Position numbers and translations under genes: made by a program. From the NCBI GenBank assembly GCA_012026655.1, contig JAAILG010000146.1, forward strand, positions 62,001-126,000: DNA of 64,000 nucleotides. Reading direction: 5' to 3'. The notes under the pieces are model-generated. The model made no database searches and was not told where the DNA came from. It saw nothing but the letters and a program-made list of their open reading frames with translations. Shown here piece after piece: positions 39,580 through 52,738 of this stretch. How positions within the stretch are numbered: the stretch's first letter is position 1; each line of letters opens with the position of its first letter. The DNA comes from Hydrolagus affinis. Taxonomy: Eukaryota.

Positions 39580-40250
39580 GAATTGAGAACAATTCTCAAA
39601 TCAAGTGAGAAGGTCGGGACTTGAGTGTAGGTCAAACCATATACTCCAGTACAATGCAGGGAGAATGCTGCATTGTTGGAATTGCCATCCTTTGAATTAG
39701 ATATTAAAAACAATAACTTGGATTTTTATAATGCCCTTCACACAGGGGAGCATCCTGGAGTACTTGACAGTTGGTGGAGTCTGACACAGAGCCAGGAAGA
39801 GAGGTAGGAGGAGGTGACTGTAAACACGATCAAAAACGGAACGTCTTTTGGTGGGATCTGAAATTAGGGAGGGAGGGGGCAAAGCGGAGGGATTGAGGGA
39901 GGGTGTTCCAGAGTTTTGGGATGTAGTGGCTGAAGACACGGCCATTGATGGTGGAGTGGAGGGGACGAGGGACAAACAGGTTTTAAACCAAAGTCTGGTC
40001 TGTTGGTTCAGATGGACATTGAAGATTCCCAATGACACCACTCGAGAGAGAAGGGAGCTTCTCTCATTGTTCTGGGTAACAATCCGCCACAAAAATTTAT
40101 CATTCCCTTCATGTTTATTTGTGGGACCTTACTGTGTGCAAATTGGTCTGCTGGCAAAACACAGTCACCAAATTTGACAACTATTACTTGTGATGTGCTT
40201 TGATATGTTTCCCATCAGACATGCTATATCAAATGCAAGGATCGTTATTG
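39580..40250 (+). mobile_element. Deu-domain SINE interrupted by a minus-strand L2 3' fragment (about 39710-39975)
   Basis: gctgcattgttggaattgccatcctttgaattagatattaaa [L2] ttaaaccaaagtctggtctgttggttcagatggacattgaagat. Confidence 0.75.
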
Positions 40251-43129
40251 AATTGAAGCTAAAAGTGAAGTATAAATCAGGTTTAGGGGCATTGATTTGA
40301 TTCTGAGCTGCTCCCGGAACAAAGATAGTTTACAGGCTGTAAAGCTTACCGTGGGTAAGAGCCATGAATCCACCAAGCAGCTATAATGCACGCCTTCTTG
40401 GAACCCTCCTTTTTACGGCTTCACAAGTGTTTTTTAGTTGCTGCAGGATAATTCATTAAGGTGGATGTAGTTCACTACAGCTAGGTCTTGTTCTCTTGCC
40501 ATCCATATATCTTTCAGCTTGCTCAGTGCATATCAGAACACTTAAGCACATAATAAATCTGTTCTTGCAGAGTACCTATGTGTTGTATACTGGCCACTTG
40601 GTTTACATCTAGCATATGACTAGGATCACCATTCGATTCGAGGGTTGAAGTAAACTTATTTGGTTGCATTGATGATCATCTAGGGAAATCTTTGAAATCG
40701 GGTACAAATCAGGTGATTTAAATGGGAAATATTAGGAAACTATGATATGTCTTTAATCTCAGTTAAGTATGTGTCTTCTACTGTGTTTCAAAAACCAAAT
40801 ATTAATTATATTTTAGACCTTCTATTACAAATTACAACCTTACATGTTCTGAATTGCTAATTATGCAGCATAGTGCTTGTCTATCTTGTCAATCCTGGTA
40901 TTTTTGATCTTCAGAGAACAGAGACTAGAACAGTCTAGTATCAGGGAATAATCCCAATGTTATCACCAGGACCAGTTTCATCATACTGCAGTTTGGTTGC
41001 CACTTTCAAATGATGGAAAGATTGGGATAGGCTTCTGTTGGTGGTGGGATGGGAGTGAACCTGAGAGGATAACAAAGAATTCATTGCTGGCAGTAGGGGG
41101 ATCGAGACTTACAATGTTATAGCTGGACTATTCACAGGAGAAATGTTAAGTCAGGCATTGGCCTGGCCACACAATACAATAAGCATCCATAAATCCCACA
41201 GTACAGGAATACGTGGTTTAAACCCACCTGAGTGGCTAAATGAATAGAAAACAGATGACTATTCCAAGCAGATTTAAATAGCGAGGGAGTAAACTTGAAA
41301 AAAGGAATTTGTGGGCAAAGAGCCATGGATCCCAACCACATGTGTTTTAGGGGAAGAATAATTCATGGAAATTAGAAATGGGAAACACTTTCAATGATTG
41401 CAGGTTGCAGCCTGGGTGTTGGGATGGCATGGGGCACCAGTCTGCGCTGCCGACGTTACTTACACAAGAGCTTTGCCCTGATTTCAATCAGCACCAATGG
41501 GGACAAAGGCTTCTCACACTTGAGAGCTTTTCAGTCGATCACCGTTAACTCACAAGGAACAGAGATATATGAGTGCAATAATGTATTGAGGAGGGGAATG
41601 CTAATTGGAACAGTTCCAATCAAGAGGAAAACATTTTGCTAGTAACTTAGAGCTAGCCCCATAACCCTCTTTAAGAGATCAGAGTTAGAAATGGTCAGGA
41701 CTGTGAAACTGAACAGATGTGAGCTCAGACCACTGGCTAACTTGTTTTGCAGCCAGAACAAGACCCGGGGATTTACATTTAGAACATTTAGAGAGATTCC
41801 TCACAAGCTACAGATTGAAGATCCGAGGCGCTGGTCTAGAACAGGCAGCCACATTTCCGTGACCATCTGACACCTTAGATTTAGAAAAATAATACTTTGC
41901 CTACAGCATACGTTTCATGCTTAAACCGGTGGGTAAAAATATTCCTGGGAGATTTCCTGGCTTCAATCATTGACCTCCCCCTCCCCCCACCACCCCACAC
42001 ACATCCACGACCCCCACCCCCCCCTCCCTTACACACACTAACACACACACACACACACACCATGTCACTGTCATTAAATTGGTGAGTTTTGTTTAACAAA
42101 ATCAGATTGTTCCATTTGTTAGATGTATACACAGTAGACAGATAACCACCTTTTTGGGAAAAGAACATAATGTTGGTCGATTACTAATCTGGACAGGCTC
42201 TTTTGTCTGTTTCACGTGGTCACGGTTCCCGAGATCCTGTAATGTTATGACATTTGCAGACCGGCTTGAGATAGTGTTTAGCAGACATCTTTTGTAGGGC
42301 TTTTTTTTTTAACACACGCCACTATGGACCTCCTGTAGGAGTCACAACCCCAGGAAGCTATTAATCCAACTAGCCAGAAAAGCACATATTTTATGGGAGA
42401 AAGAATAGGCTCCCATTTGACTTGGGCTTGAGATTTCTGGATCAATAAGGATCTTGCTGCATTCACTCTTTTTATCTGGGGATTCGTGACAAAGCTGAGA
42501 ATGACATTTGTTGGTGTGGGGTAATGAATTGAATGCAAAGATGCCTCATGCCACATTGATATGCAGAACCCACACAGTTATGCAAATATGGATCAATTCA
42601 TAAAGTTAATCAATGCAGATAGATCGAATATTATCAAAATCCTAGGGTTGTCATATTTGCCAGTGCAGTAGAGGTCTGAACGCCTTTAAAAAGTTTCCTG
42701 ATTTTCTGAAGCCATCATCATCCTATATATTTTAGTCCCCCTCAATCCCCCTTGGGCTCCCTCAATGCCCAAGTGCAAAACCTGAATGTTAGTTATGTCA
42801 TTAGGTGACATGGAGGGACAAGTATATGATACAAGCAAATCGATGACTTTGAATGGGTTGGCATTGCAAAGCAAGACCTTAAAAGCAATGGATTGTCACG
42901 TTGATATTTCAGCGCCCCAGGATTTATATTGTGTTTAATCCAGCCCAGAGTACGTACACAATGTATCAGAGCCACATTTTGACTCTATTTAGAATCCATT
43001 AAAAATTCAATCCGGCCTACGGTACATTGAAATGAGTGTATCAGTCGGATAATAACTTCTATGTTTTAATGCCGCAATAGTGTTAAGTGTGACACAGCCC
43101 AGGCAAATCCATTCCAGCACTGTTGCTTC

Positions 43130-43445
43130 CACAATGTGTGTCATCTGATGCAATTGAAAGGAGAGAAAGTCTTAATAACAAAATGTCATTGTTGCCAAGA
43201 CATTAACAAGACAATCTGGTAATTTTCAACTATCGTAATATCAGCTGAATAATCATTTCTTTGTTTCAATGCATCAACAGTATTAATGGAAAAGAATGGC
43301 ATTTAATTCACACAGCAGCCAGTCCAGTGCTGATTAGACTATGTGTGTCATCCGCTGCAACTGCACAGGCAATAAAACGTTAGGAAAGTTTGTGCCATCA
43401 TCTGAAGATTGTATTGTTCATCCACCTTCATAAATCCGTGCATGT
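43130..43445. promoter_or_regulatory. Candidate conserved non-coding element just upstream of KLHL14
   Basis: TE-free, AT-rich block with TAAT/ATTA, CATTGT/ACAAT and CAGCTG motifs. Confidence 0.5.
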
Positions 43446-43539
43446 GAGAGATGAGGAGAGAGAGAGGGAAAGGGGGAGAGAGAGAGAGAGAGAGAAAAAT
43501 ATTTAGTGAGGACAGACTCTTTTTTTCTGTGAAGAGATC

Positions 43540-43720
43540 CATTCACCCAGAGAGAGAAGCGTGGTCACAGAATTAGCAGTTTCAGCTCAGCAGAAGTCGC
43601 TAGGCTGTGAAGGAAAGAGAAATTGACTAATTAGCAATGCGCACTAAAACTTGACGGTTCTTTATAAAGGGGACTGCTTTCCTAAGATGTTTGACTGCGC
43701 AGTCATTTACGCACGACAAT
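43540..43720 (+). promoter_or_regulatory. Candidate KLHL14 core promoter
   Basis: TATAAA at 43663-43668 at the start of a TE-free, CpG-containing zone upstream of the 44194 donor. Inference only. Confidence 0.35.
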
Positions 43721-44193
43721 TTTACAATAGCCTTGAGCCATAATTTTAAAACTCTCTCCAGCATCCAACCCCTCCATGGTCACTCTCCACTGGCGATGCG
43801 TGACCGTTTCTCTCCCCAACCGTGCTTTTCCTATTACTCTTGTTACGACTCACTGACTCCCAGGCCCAAGGATAATGATGTGTTGTTTCTTGGTAGCATA
43901 ATTTGTCACACGTACATTTTTTTTTTTTGCGAAAGCTGCTCTCAGACTTCTTGCTGTTGCTAATTCTGGAGACAGTATATCAAATGATGAACGACAAAAA
44001 AATCTCGCAAGCGTAACTGCTGAAGTTGCACGCGTGGAGCTTGATCGGCTACGGATTTTTTTTTCTGGGGGGATCGAAGCAAAAAGAGAGAGAGAAAATT
44101 ATATATATATAGATATATATATATATATACACACACAAAAAAGTGGGGCTTCTGATTTAAGTGGACTCGACTTTTTCAAGCCAGTGTACACAG
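43695..44193 (+). other. KLHL14: Probable non-coding 5' exon of KLHL14 (5' boundary uncertain)
   Basis: Perfect donor CAG|GTAAGT at 44194, about 1.1 kb upstream of the 45317 acceptor. The coding exon begins with an acceptor 22 nt before the ATG, so an upstream exon is required. CpG density is raised locally. Confidence 0.5.
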
Positions 44194-44555
44194 GTAAGTT
44201 TGGCCTCCCTATCTGGGTGGGTGATGAGTGGGGAGATGAGGCTATGACAGGTAGCTTTGGTGAATAAACAGCAATGTGAGGGATTATAGACTCGGGAGCT
44301 GATCAGACAGGCGGGAGCTGCTGCCTGGGTTTGAGACGAGAGCCGGGAATGAATGTAGCATTTTTAAAAAAAACAAGAGAGAAAAAAAAAAGAAAACACT
44401 ATGGAGCTCGATAACATTACTTGTAAAGCGCTGCGACTAAAAAGAAATTTAGTTCCAAGTTTAATTCTGTTACAGATTCCGATCTGACCCTTGACGTTTT
44501 GTTAATAACACTCACGTTTTTTTTTCGCTGTGTTTGGCTCCTTTTTGTTTTGTAT

Positions 44556-44691
44556 NNNNNNNNNNNNNNNNNNNNNNNNNNNNNNNNNNNNNNNNNNNNN
44601 NNNNNNNNNNNNNNNNNNNNNNNNNNNNNNNNNNNNNNNNNNNNNNNNNNNNNNNNNNNNNNNNNNNNNNNNNNNNNNNNNNNNNNNNNNN
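44556..44691. other. Assembly gap (136 N)
   Basis: Run of N in the putative first intron. Confidence 1.
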
Positions 44692-45130
44692 TTAAGGAAC
44701 AGGAAACTTTGGCTGTCTGATTTGCGTGGGGTTTTAGAGCGAAAAATAATTTAGAATAATAATAATAATATTATTAAAGGACCGAATGCAGAGCGACTGA
44801 TCTCCGGGGGGCTTTCTGTGCAGATTATAGGCTACTGTATAGGGGGAGAAATCTCAAGGGGTGATTTACACGGTGCTGGGTTAGTGGCAATGTGGAGATT
44901 ACAGACTAAACAAATAAACAGGGCTCCCTCCCCACAACACTGGGAGGTTTCGCGCTCAGAGGACGGGCGATCGATCCTGTGTAGACATAATAAAACAATC
45001 AGATATACTGTGTATATATTTTTAATGGACTGCGGATTGGAAAAACAATCTCGTTTGACTCATATGAAAATATTTTGTCGTGGGAGAGAGAGAGAGAGAG
45101 AGAGAAGGGGTGTGGAGGGGTGGGTGGGTG

Positions 45131-45262
45131 NNNNNNNNNNNNNNNNNNNNNNNNNNNNNNNNNNNNNNNNNNNNNNNNNNNNNNNNNNNNNNNNNNNNNN
45201 NNNNNNNNNNNNNNNNNNNNNNNNNNNNNNNNNNNNNNNNNNNNNNNNNNNNNNNNNNNNNN
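45131..45262. other. Assembly gap (132 N)
   Basis: Run of N after a GA/G-rich tract, 55 bp upstream of the exon acceptor. Confidence 1.
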
Positions 45263-45339
45263 GTAAAAAGGGATTGACTGTGAATCTGACCGTGTGTGAA
45301 ATGTGTGCCTTTTTTAGGTGCTGTCAAAAGTTAGGTACC

Positions 45340-46193
45340 ATGTCAAGATCCGGTGACAGGACATCCACCTTCGACCCAACACACAGCGATAACCTCCTCC
45401 ACGGCCTGAACCTGCTGTGGAGAAAGCAGCTTTGCTGTGATGTGACTCTGACAGCCCAGGGACAGCAGTTTCACTGCCACAGGGCAGTGCTGGCTTCCTG
45501 CTCACAGTATTTCAGGTCCATCTTCTCCAACAACCAGCGCAAGGACAGCAGCACCAAAGAGTCAGGGAGTCGGACCCCCTCGTCCCCGGCTGAGGAGCTG
45601 TCCAGGTCCATCAACAACATCGTGCTGCAGGGCTGCTCGGCTCCCGGGCTGTGCCTGGTGCTGGAGTACATCTACACCGCCAACATGACCCTCTCTCTGG
45701 ACACTGTGGAGGACGTGCTGTCGGCCAGCAAGATCCTCTACATCCCCCCGGTCACCAAGCTGTGCGTCCAGTTCCTGAACGATCAGATCTCCATGCAGAA
45801 CTACAAGCAGATCTGCCAGATCGCGGCCATCCACGGGCTGGACGAGACCAAGAAGCTGGCCAACAAGTACTTCGTGGAGGACATCCTGCTGCTCAATTTC
45901 GAAGAGGTTTGCGCCATGATGGACTCGATGCCGCCACCTGTGGAGTCGGAGCTGGCTCTGTTTCAGATGTCCGTGCTGTGGATCGAGCACGACCGGGACC
46001 CCCGCTTGCATCACGCCCCCGACCTGATGAAGCGCCTCCGCTTCGCCCTGATCCCCGCGGCCGAGCTGGTGGAGAGGGTGCAGAGCGTGGAATTTATGCG
46101 GACTGAGCCCGCCTGCCAGAAGCTGCTGCTGGATGCCATGAACTACCACCTCATGCCCTTCAGGCAACACTGCAGGCAAAGCCTGGCCAGCAG
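45340..46193 (+). CDS. KLHL14: KLHL14 first coding exon (BTB/POZ and BACK domains)
   Basis: Translation MSRSGDRTSTFDPTHSDNLLHGLNLLWRKQLCCDVTLTAQGQQFHCHRAVLASCSQYFRS...MNYHLMPFRQHCRQSLASR matches vertebrate KLHL14 as I recall it. Acceptor tttttag ends at 45317, ATG at 45340 (ggtaccATG), donor AG|GTGAGT at 46194 (phase 2). The ORF-track extension back to 44818 is intronic and gap sequence. Confidence 0.97.
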
Positions 46194-47687
46194 GTGAGTC
46201 CGCAAGCCAGAGGCTCTCACTTATTTATTGACTGGGGTGGAGAGAGAGAGAGAGGTGGCAGGGGGGTGGGGGGTGGGGAGAGTAGGAATAACACAGCTTC
46301 AGTACTTAAGGATGGGAGTCTCTGTGTGTGTGTGTGAGAGAGAGAGAGTGAGTGTTGGGGGCCAATGTATAATGTTATTTTGCTTGCCCTGATTTGGGGA
46401 GAGGGAATTTTGATCTAACGAGGGACAGGTACACTAGCACTACCATCGACACTTTGGAAACAAAACGAGACACGCAACTTTATGTTGGGAATTCAGATTA
46501 TTGCAAAAGTTGACTTGGAAAGAACATTAGCCAATGAACTCTTCTCTTTCTTCCCTTCGCCTGATGTAAAAACAAAGCCAGACGACCTGATAATAATCTT
46601 CAGGCTGGAGATAAGATCAGGATCCCAAATCCCCACCACCATTTCAAAAATATATATATATTGATCGTGTAGTCAGTCACACTGCAAAACACAGCGTTTA
46701 GATGCTTGCCTTACCTTTCCTCCCTTTCTGTGGTCCCATCATGTATTGTTTACCTGCTGCTCGGTACAGATAAAAAGGCCTCTATCAATAACTTTTATAG
46801 TTATTGCCCGTTTTCAGTGATCAACTTTTTATACGTGTTCAGAACAGCTCCAAGTAATGTGGTTCCAAGATCCAATGACATTCACTGGAAATCTTTTCCC
46901 ATCCTGTCATGTAAATGAGCCATACGAAAACGAATGGGGAGTACCGGGCAACAAATGGGAACATAGGAAATGCTAGACAGAAACAAAGATAAGGTCCATC
47001 CAATTCCCCTTCCTGGCTGTGCTCGCACAAGTCATGTCCCAAACTACTCATATACTGTACAATCTATAAGTCTATATTCTACGTTCTATATAGGGCAAAA
47101 TCAAGCAAGCGATGAATTTGACCCAAATAGTAAACTTCAGTTATGTGCCTCAACTAGTTTGTTTCTGGCATTAGATTGCGGCAGTGTTTTATGTTTGTCA
47201 ATTTTCTGTTGTTTTCTGAGACTCTTGCAGCTTCATTGTACAACTACAACAACATTGCTGGGCTTTGTACAATGCCTGACAATTTTATGGTAAAACACTT
47301 TTTAAGACAAACCTACACATTGGGACTTGAGCTCACAGCGTAGGCTGACATTATTGGAAGAGTCTTTAAATGTTCAATTGAGTTCCTGTCTGTCTGTTCA
47401 GGTGGACTTTAACGATCCCACGACACTATTCCAAAAGAGGGGATTTCGCCTGCCCAACAACCCTCCAAAAAAATTCATTATGTGCTTGGGACATCCTCCT
47501 GACACGAAAGGCGCTCTATAAATGTAATTTCATTATTATTATTCATCTCATAATTGTTTGTGGGACCTTGGTACTAGTGCCAATGGCTACCACATGCGGT
47601 TACAAACTCAATCAGTACACTTGGCAGCAATCATATGTGTGGCACTTTGAGGCATTTTCACATGTCTATAAAAATATAACTTCCACT

Positions 47688-47974
47688 GTTCGATTCCTGG
47701 GCGGGGCGAAACCGCAGGCAAGATTTCTTACTCCACATACCTCTGTTTACCGAGCAGTAAAAGGGAAGCCAGTTATTAGTTGATTGCTTTCTGAGGACAG
47801 TAATCCCTCCCAAACATTGGCCGTTCAATCCACGACTGTTTGTGTGCATAATTGGCTGCCATATTCTTCCCAGAAAATATCCAGTCAATTTACTTTACAA
47901 TATACTCTGGGAAAGTGCTTTGAGGCGTTTCAATGACGTGATAACGTGCTGTATCAAATGCGAGGATTATTATT
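47688..47974 (+). mobile_element. Composite SINE, long form with complete CORE-like segment, 5'-truncated
   Basis: gttcgattcc...ggcaagatttcttactccacatacctctgtttaccgagcagtaaaaggg...ttggctgcc...tail. Confidence 0.85.
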
Positions 47975-50326
47975 GCTAATGGAACAACATAGGAGCTGAA
48001 GGCAGATTGTGCCACGTGACCTTTGTAACTCTGACTTGCAGTGTAGTGCTTGCACTGCAAAGTGCACCCAGCAGAATAACTTAAAGATCATTTGAAAAAT
48101 ATTGAAAATAAGTCATATTGAGTGAAGTGAAGAGTAACGAATGTCAGACAGAGAGATAGATACTCAAACACCAATCTTTTTCTCCATTTAATCCGATGTT
48201 CAGAAATGCTTGAGCGTTGATCTCAAATATATATATACACATTTATTTCATAGAATATACTGTATGTATATATTAAAGTAGTACTGTTTTTGGCAATTTG
48301 GCTGCTGAATTTCGGCCTTCCTGCTCTCCTTCCCCCTATCCCGACCCCTCTCCCCTTGTCATCTTTCCCTCCCTTTTCCCCTAATCCCACTTCCTTGACT
48401 GTTTGTGGGACACTGCTGTGTGCAATTTGGCTGCTTCATTTCTCCCACAAAATATACAGTCAATTTTCCTACTCTTCTTCATCCTGCCCTGACCCCTCCC
48501 CACCCCCTGCTCTTGTCTCTACCTAACTGTACAGCGCCTTGGGACGTCTTCTTGACGTGAAAGGCACTATATAAATGTAAGTTTGGATTGATTGATAGTA
48601 TGTGAAAATCTGATATATTGTATTTATATATATATGAGACCAATGGAATTATTTGACTATGAGACTCAGGCAGTTCTTATAACCTGTATTTATCTACTCG
48701 TACTCATATCAGAAAACTGCGGTAATGAGAATCGCCAGGATATCAATAATTAAAAGGATTGTGCGGGTGATGGGGACTGAAAAGAGAAGAGTATGTCTGA
48801 AAGTGGATTTACCCGATAACTCAAGAGTGACATAGTGTTGGCTTGAAAGTAACCTTCATATTTCAAACAGACACACACGCCCGCATACCATATTCTATTC
48901 ACTGACTTTCTTTATGTTTGAAAATAATTGTGCCCGGCACTGTGAAAATAGGAAAAATATTTTAAGTTTTGACACCAATGTGTGACAGTAACTATTAGGT
49001 CATGGTGAAATCAATATAAAATATTGGTAAATACAGTGCAGTCTGGGAACCCCATAATCAAAACCTTTCATTCTCCATCACAATGCTGCGTCTGGTTCTG
49101 CAGTGACAAATCTTCACCCCAGTAAGTATTAGTAAATCAGGTTGATGTTTACATATTTTAAAATCATTAAATGGGATGCAATGGAAATAATGATTCTGAA
49201 AGCCCTGTTTTCTATCCAATACTGCATATTGGTTTTACCATTCATGTGGTTAGATTTTACATTGTTTTGACAGAAATTGCATTGCAAAAATACAGCGTAT
49301 TGGAGCACAAAAATGCTGTGTCATCATGGGGTGTTGCTGTGGAAGTTTGAAACTTGGACCTTTCACTTGCTGTGTCACTGCTGGTTTCCCAGAGGGAAAA
49401 GTCACCCAAGCCATCCGCTGGCAACCTCCAGTGGCTAGTTTCAGAATTGCAGTGACATATAACTGGGAGCAGGTTGCCCTTGTAGTGTTAGCCAAGGATA
49501 GGTGCACGGATAGATAGGCCTGGAGAATGATGATTGACAGATAGGCCAATGATGATGATGATGGGGAATTGTATAATCTTAAACTTAATGAAAAAGAGAT
49601 CTATTAGGGAAAATCATTGCAGTCACCCGCCCTCTACCACATAAACTTACATCTTCTCATTCATTGGGATTGCGAGATTTAGTGTGCATTATTAATGGTG
49701 GTAATGTACAGTGGGCACTCATGATTCAGTTCAAATCATCTTTTTAATTGGAATCAACTTTTTTAAAGCAAAAGTGAATTGAGTTCTTCCATTTGAATTT
49801 AAAAATTGCAACATCTGCTAGCATCTGAAAACTGTATTTAGAAAAATATATATTTTACAGCATAATATTCTGTTTTAGTGGACATAGTTCATTCAACATT
49901 CTCACCGCTCAACAGTTTTAACCTTTAGCATTAGAACAGAAAAGTTACCTATGTTCTTTGTTCATTCCAATGAGTAGGGTGTGTCCTCAGTCAGAGGCCA
50001 AGGCTCTAGCCATCTGGGCATTATCCCAGTTCTTGGTCAGTAACCACAACAATAATCAACTTCCTTTCTTCCTACCTTAAGGCAGTGCAGTCATGGTATG
50101 TTGGTCAAAGATGAAAATGTCTAGATGTGCAGTGAACAGAGAATGAGCCCATTCAGTTTATGAACTGAACACTGTTGATATTATTTCTTCTCCCACAAAA
50201 TACACACAGTCACATCACTTTACAGTATATCATTTGAAGCACTTTGAGATGCCTCAATGATGTGAAATAAGTCACTATGTCAAACACTATGTCAAAAAGG
50301 ATTTTCATTATTATAATTTCTTACTT

Positions 50327-50634
50327 GGTGTCGTGTAGCTCAGTGATTAGAGCACTCGCCTCATAAGCAAGAGACCCGGGTTCGATTTGCGACAGGGAAA
50401 ACCATGGGCAAGTTTCCTTACTCCACACACCAGATAATAGTTACTCCCAAACAAAATTGGGTCACCCAAACCATGACTATTTCTGGGACGTTGCTGTGTG
50501 CAATAGGCTGCAGCATTTCATCCACAAATACCTGTATATTCAATTCACTTACAGTATATTCTGTGAAGCGTTTTGAGATGTCTGGAAGACGTGAAAAGCG
50601 CTATATCAAATGCAAGGATTATTATTTATTATTA
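50327..50634 (+). mobile_element. Composite tRNA SINE, short form
   Basis: Head, catgggcaagtttccttactcc, Deu-like 3' segment and tail. Confidence 0.9.
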
Positions 50635-52738
50635 CCTATCAATCTGTTTTAGCTGAAAGGAACTTGATTTCCATGTCCATTTGCTATTCATGTTGGTCAA
50701 AGATGAATCACAAAATGGATCGACTTCAAGATCTTCACACGTCTCCAAATCCCTTTTTGCCTTTCCATCTCCATATCTTTCTCGCCTGCTTACTCCCCAC
50801 TCAGCTGCATTCTGACTCCGCTCAGCTGGCTGGCCTCCTGCTTGTGTCTGTGTCTGACTGCTCTGAGACTTGCTCCTTTTTTAAAAAAAAAGGAACAATT
50901 GACTTATACACCTGCTCTGGGTTGAAATGAGTCCTGCTTCAAATTGTTCCAGCAATTCGGATACTCTTAAACATGGCCACGTGTGAGAGACTAGGCTGAC
51001 CAATAAAAAGGGTTGATCTGAAAAACATTTTTAAGTTAATTACATCTCATGGTTAAGTGCCTCCTTAAGGTAATGGATTTGGGAATAATATCTTTGTGGT
51101 GTAACTTCCCACCTCTGCAGGCCTAGAAAAAGTCCAGAGAAGGGATGATCAAGAAGGAGAAAGTCACTGGTTTGCTTTGGTTCAGCATCTCCTCTGATGC
51201 ACAACTAGATGGTTAAGCTTTCCATGTCAATACAATATTATGCAATTTACATTTACCTTTATATTTAAATTTACCTTTATGTCAGAGAATGTCTCAAAGT
51301 GCTTGACAATGCCGGCTGGGTATCTGAGCCAGGGTAGGAGCTGGAAAGATTATCAAAAGCATAGTCAAGGAATGTGAAAATGACAGTGGAGGAAAGACAA
51401 GGAGCAAACTGAAATGCTGCCAATCAGGGCAATAGTAACTGAGTTTATCTCCATTGCTCTACTCTCCAGAGGCTTAGTTTTGCCTCAATAATCAATGCCC
51501 ATAGAACAATTGCAAGATTTAAAAATATTTGAAACAAGGCAAATCTCCTTCAATATGCAGCATAAAGTTATTAATAGCAGGGTAATGGCAGACCAATGCC
51601 ATGCTGGGAGGGGCATTGTGTTGAAACTCTAATTAGCTGTATCAGTTTCAGACACAAGTTGCAACTCTTGTCCATGCAGAAAGCATTATAAGGGGGAAGA
51701 CAGCATCTATCCACTCTTTTCTTTTCCCCCTTTGACTTTACTGTGCTGTGTAGCTCACATCCCTCCTGCCCCACGACATGACAGAAATTTAAACATTACT
51801 TTCCCAATCATATCCCAATTTCCCTGGTAAAAACAACAGTGCTTTAATGAACTGTTATGTTTGCGACTGATGACACAAGAGGGTTCGATAAGGAATATTG
51901 CAATTTTAATCCTGATTGTAAAAATAGGGAAGGAAAGAACTTGCATCTATATTGTTGCAAAGCATTTAGTGATAACAAAAAATCAATGCCAACATTGCTT
52001 GCACTGACCCACTGACACTGTTGGTGATAAACCTGCCACCAAAATGCCAAAAGGGACAACATGACTCTTTCAGTTCATCCGCTGTGAAGCAGAGCTCCTT
52101 AACACTGAGTTGGCAGAAATCTGTGGGGAATTCATCTTCATGTAAGCTGATAAAAGTATTTGTCTGAACAAAACTATCAGCATTGAGTCAATGTTGAGTG
52201 CTTTGTTGCGAAGCGTGTCAGATTGGCAACATCTAGTGTACACCTTCTCAGGAATGTTCGGAGTTGTTTAGTACACCACCCCCCACTCCCCCCCCCCCCC
52301 CGACACCCCTCCGCGCCCCACTCATGGCTACATCAAGTGTCATTAAATGAGGTTTGGATCAGTTACACTTTGGTGTGAGGTGAGGCGCAACAAAGGAAAT
52401 AAATGGCAATACCAAAACATTCCCCAAAAAGTTATAGATGAAATATTCCCAAATACTTGAATAACAAGCTACCCAATTGAAGGGTGACCTTTAATGTGAT
52501 ACTGAGATGAGGACTTAATTCTATAGATCCTTGTGAGTGTATAACCCATGCCCATAACATAAAAGTGAGGGGAAAAGGAGTGGTGGGGCATTGTGTGGAT
52601 GATAAATATTTAGCATAGACTAGTTGGGCCGTACTACTTTATGTAACTTTATGTGAGCTAAACAGCAAGCGGTGTGGTGATTCATGTCTTTGGTCATTCA
52701 ATTGCAACTCAGTATGGTATGTTAGCCAGGTTGTACTA

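Noticed and set aside
44818-45339. N-terminal extension of the 459-aa ORF
   Set aside because: It runs through a microsatellite, an N gap and a splice acceptor. The conserved start is ATG 45340.
45562-46179. 205-aa antisense ORF, and the 151-aa alternative-frame ORF 45651-46106
   Set aside because: Both overlap the GC3-rich KLHL14 exon, where codon bias suppresses stops in shadow frames. Neither resembles a known protein.
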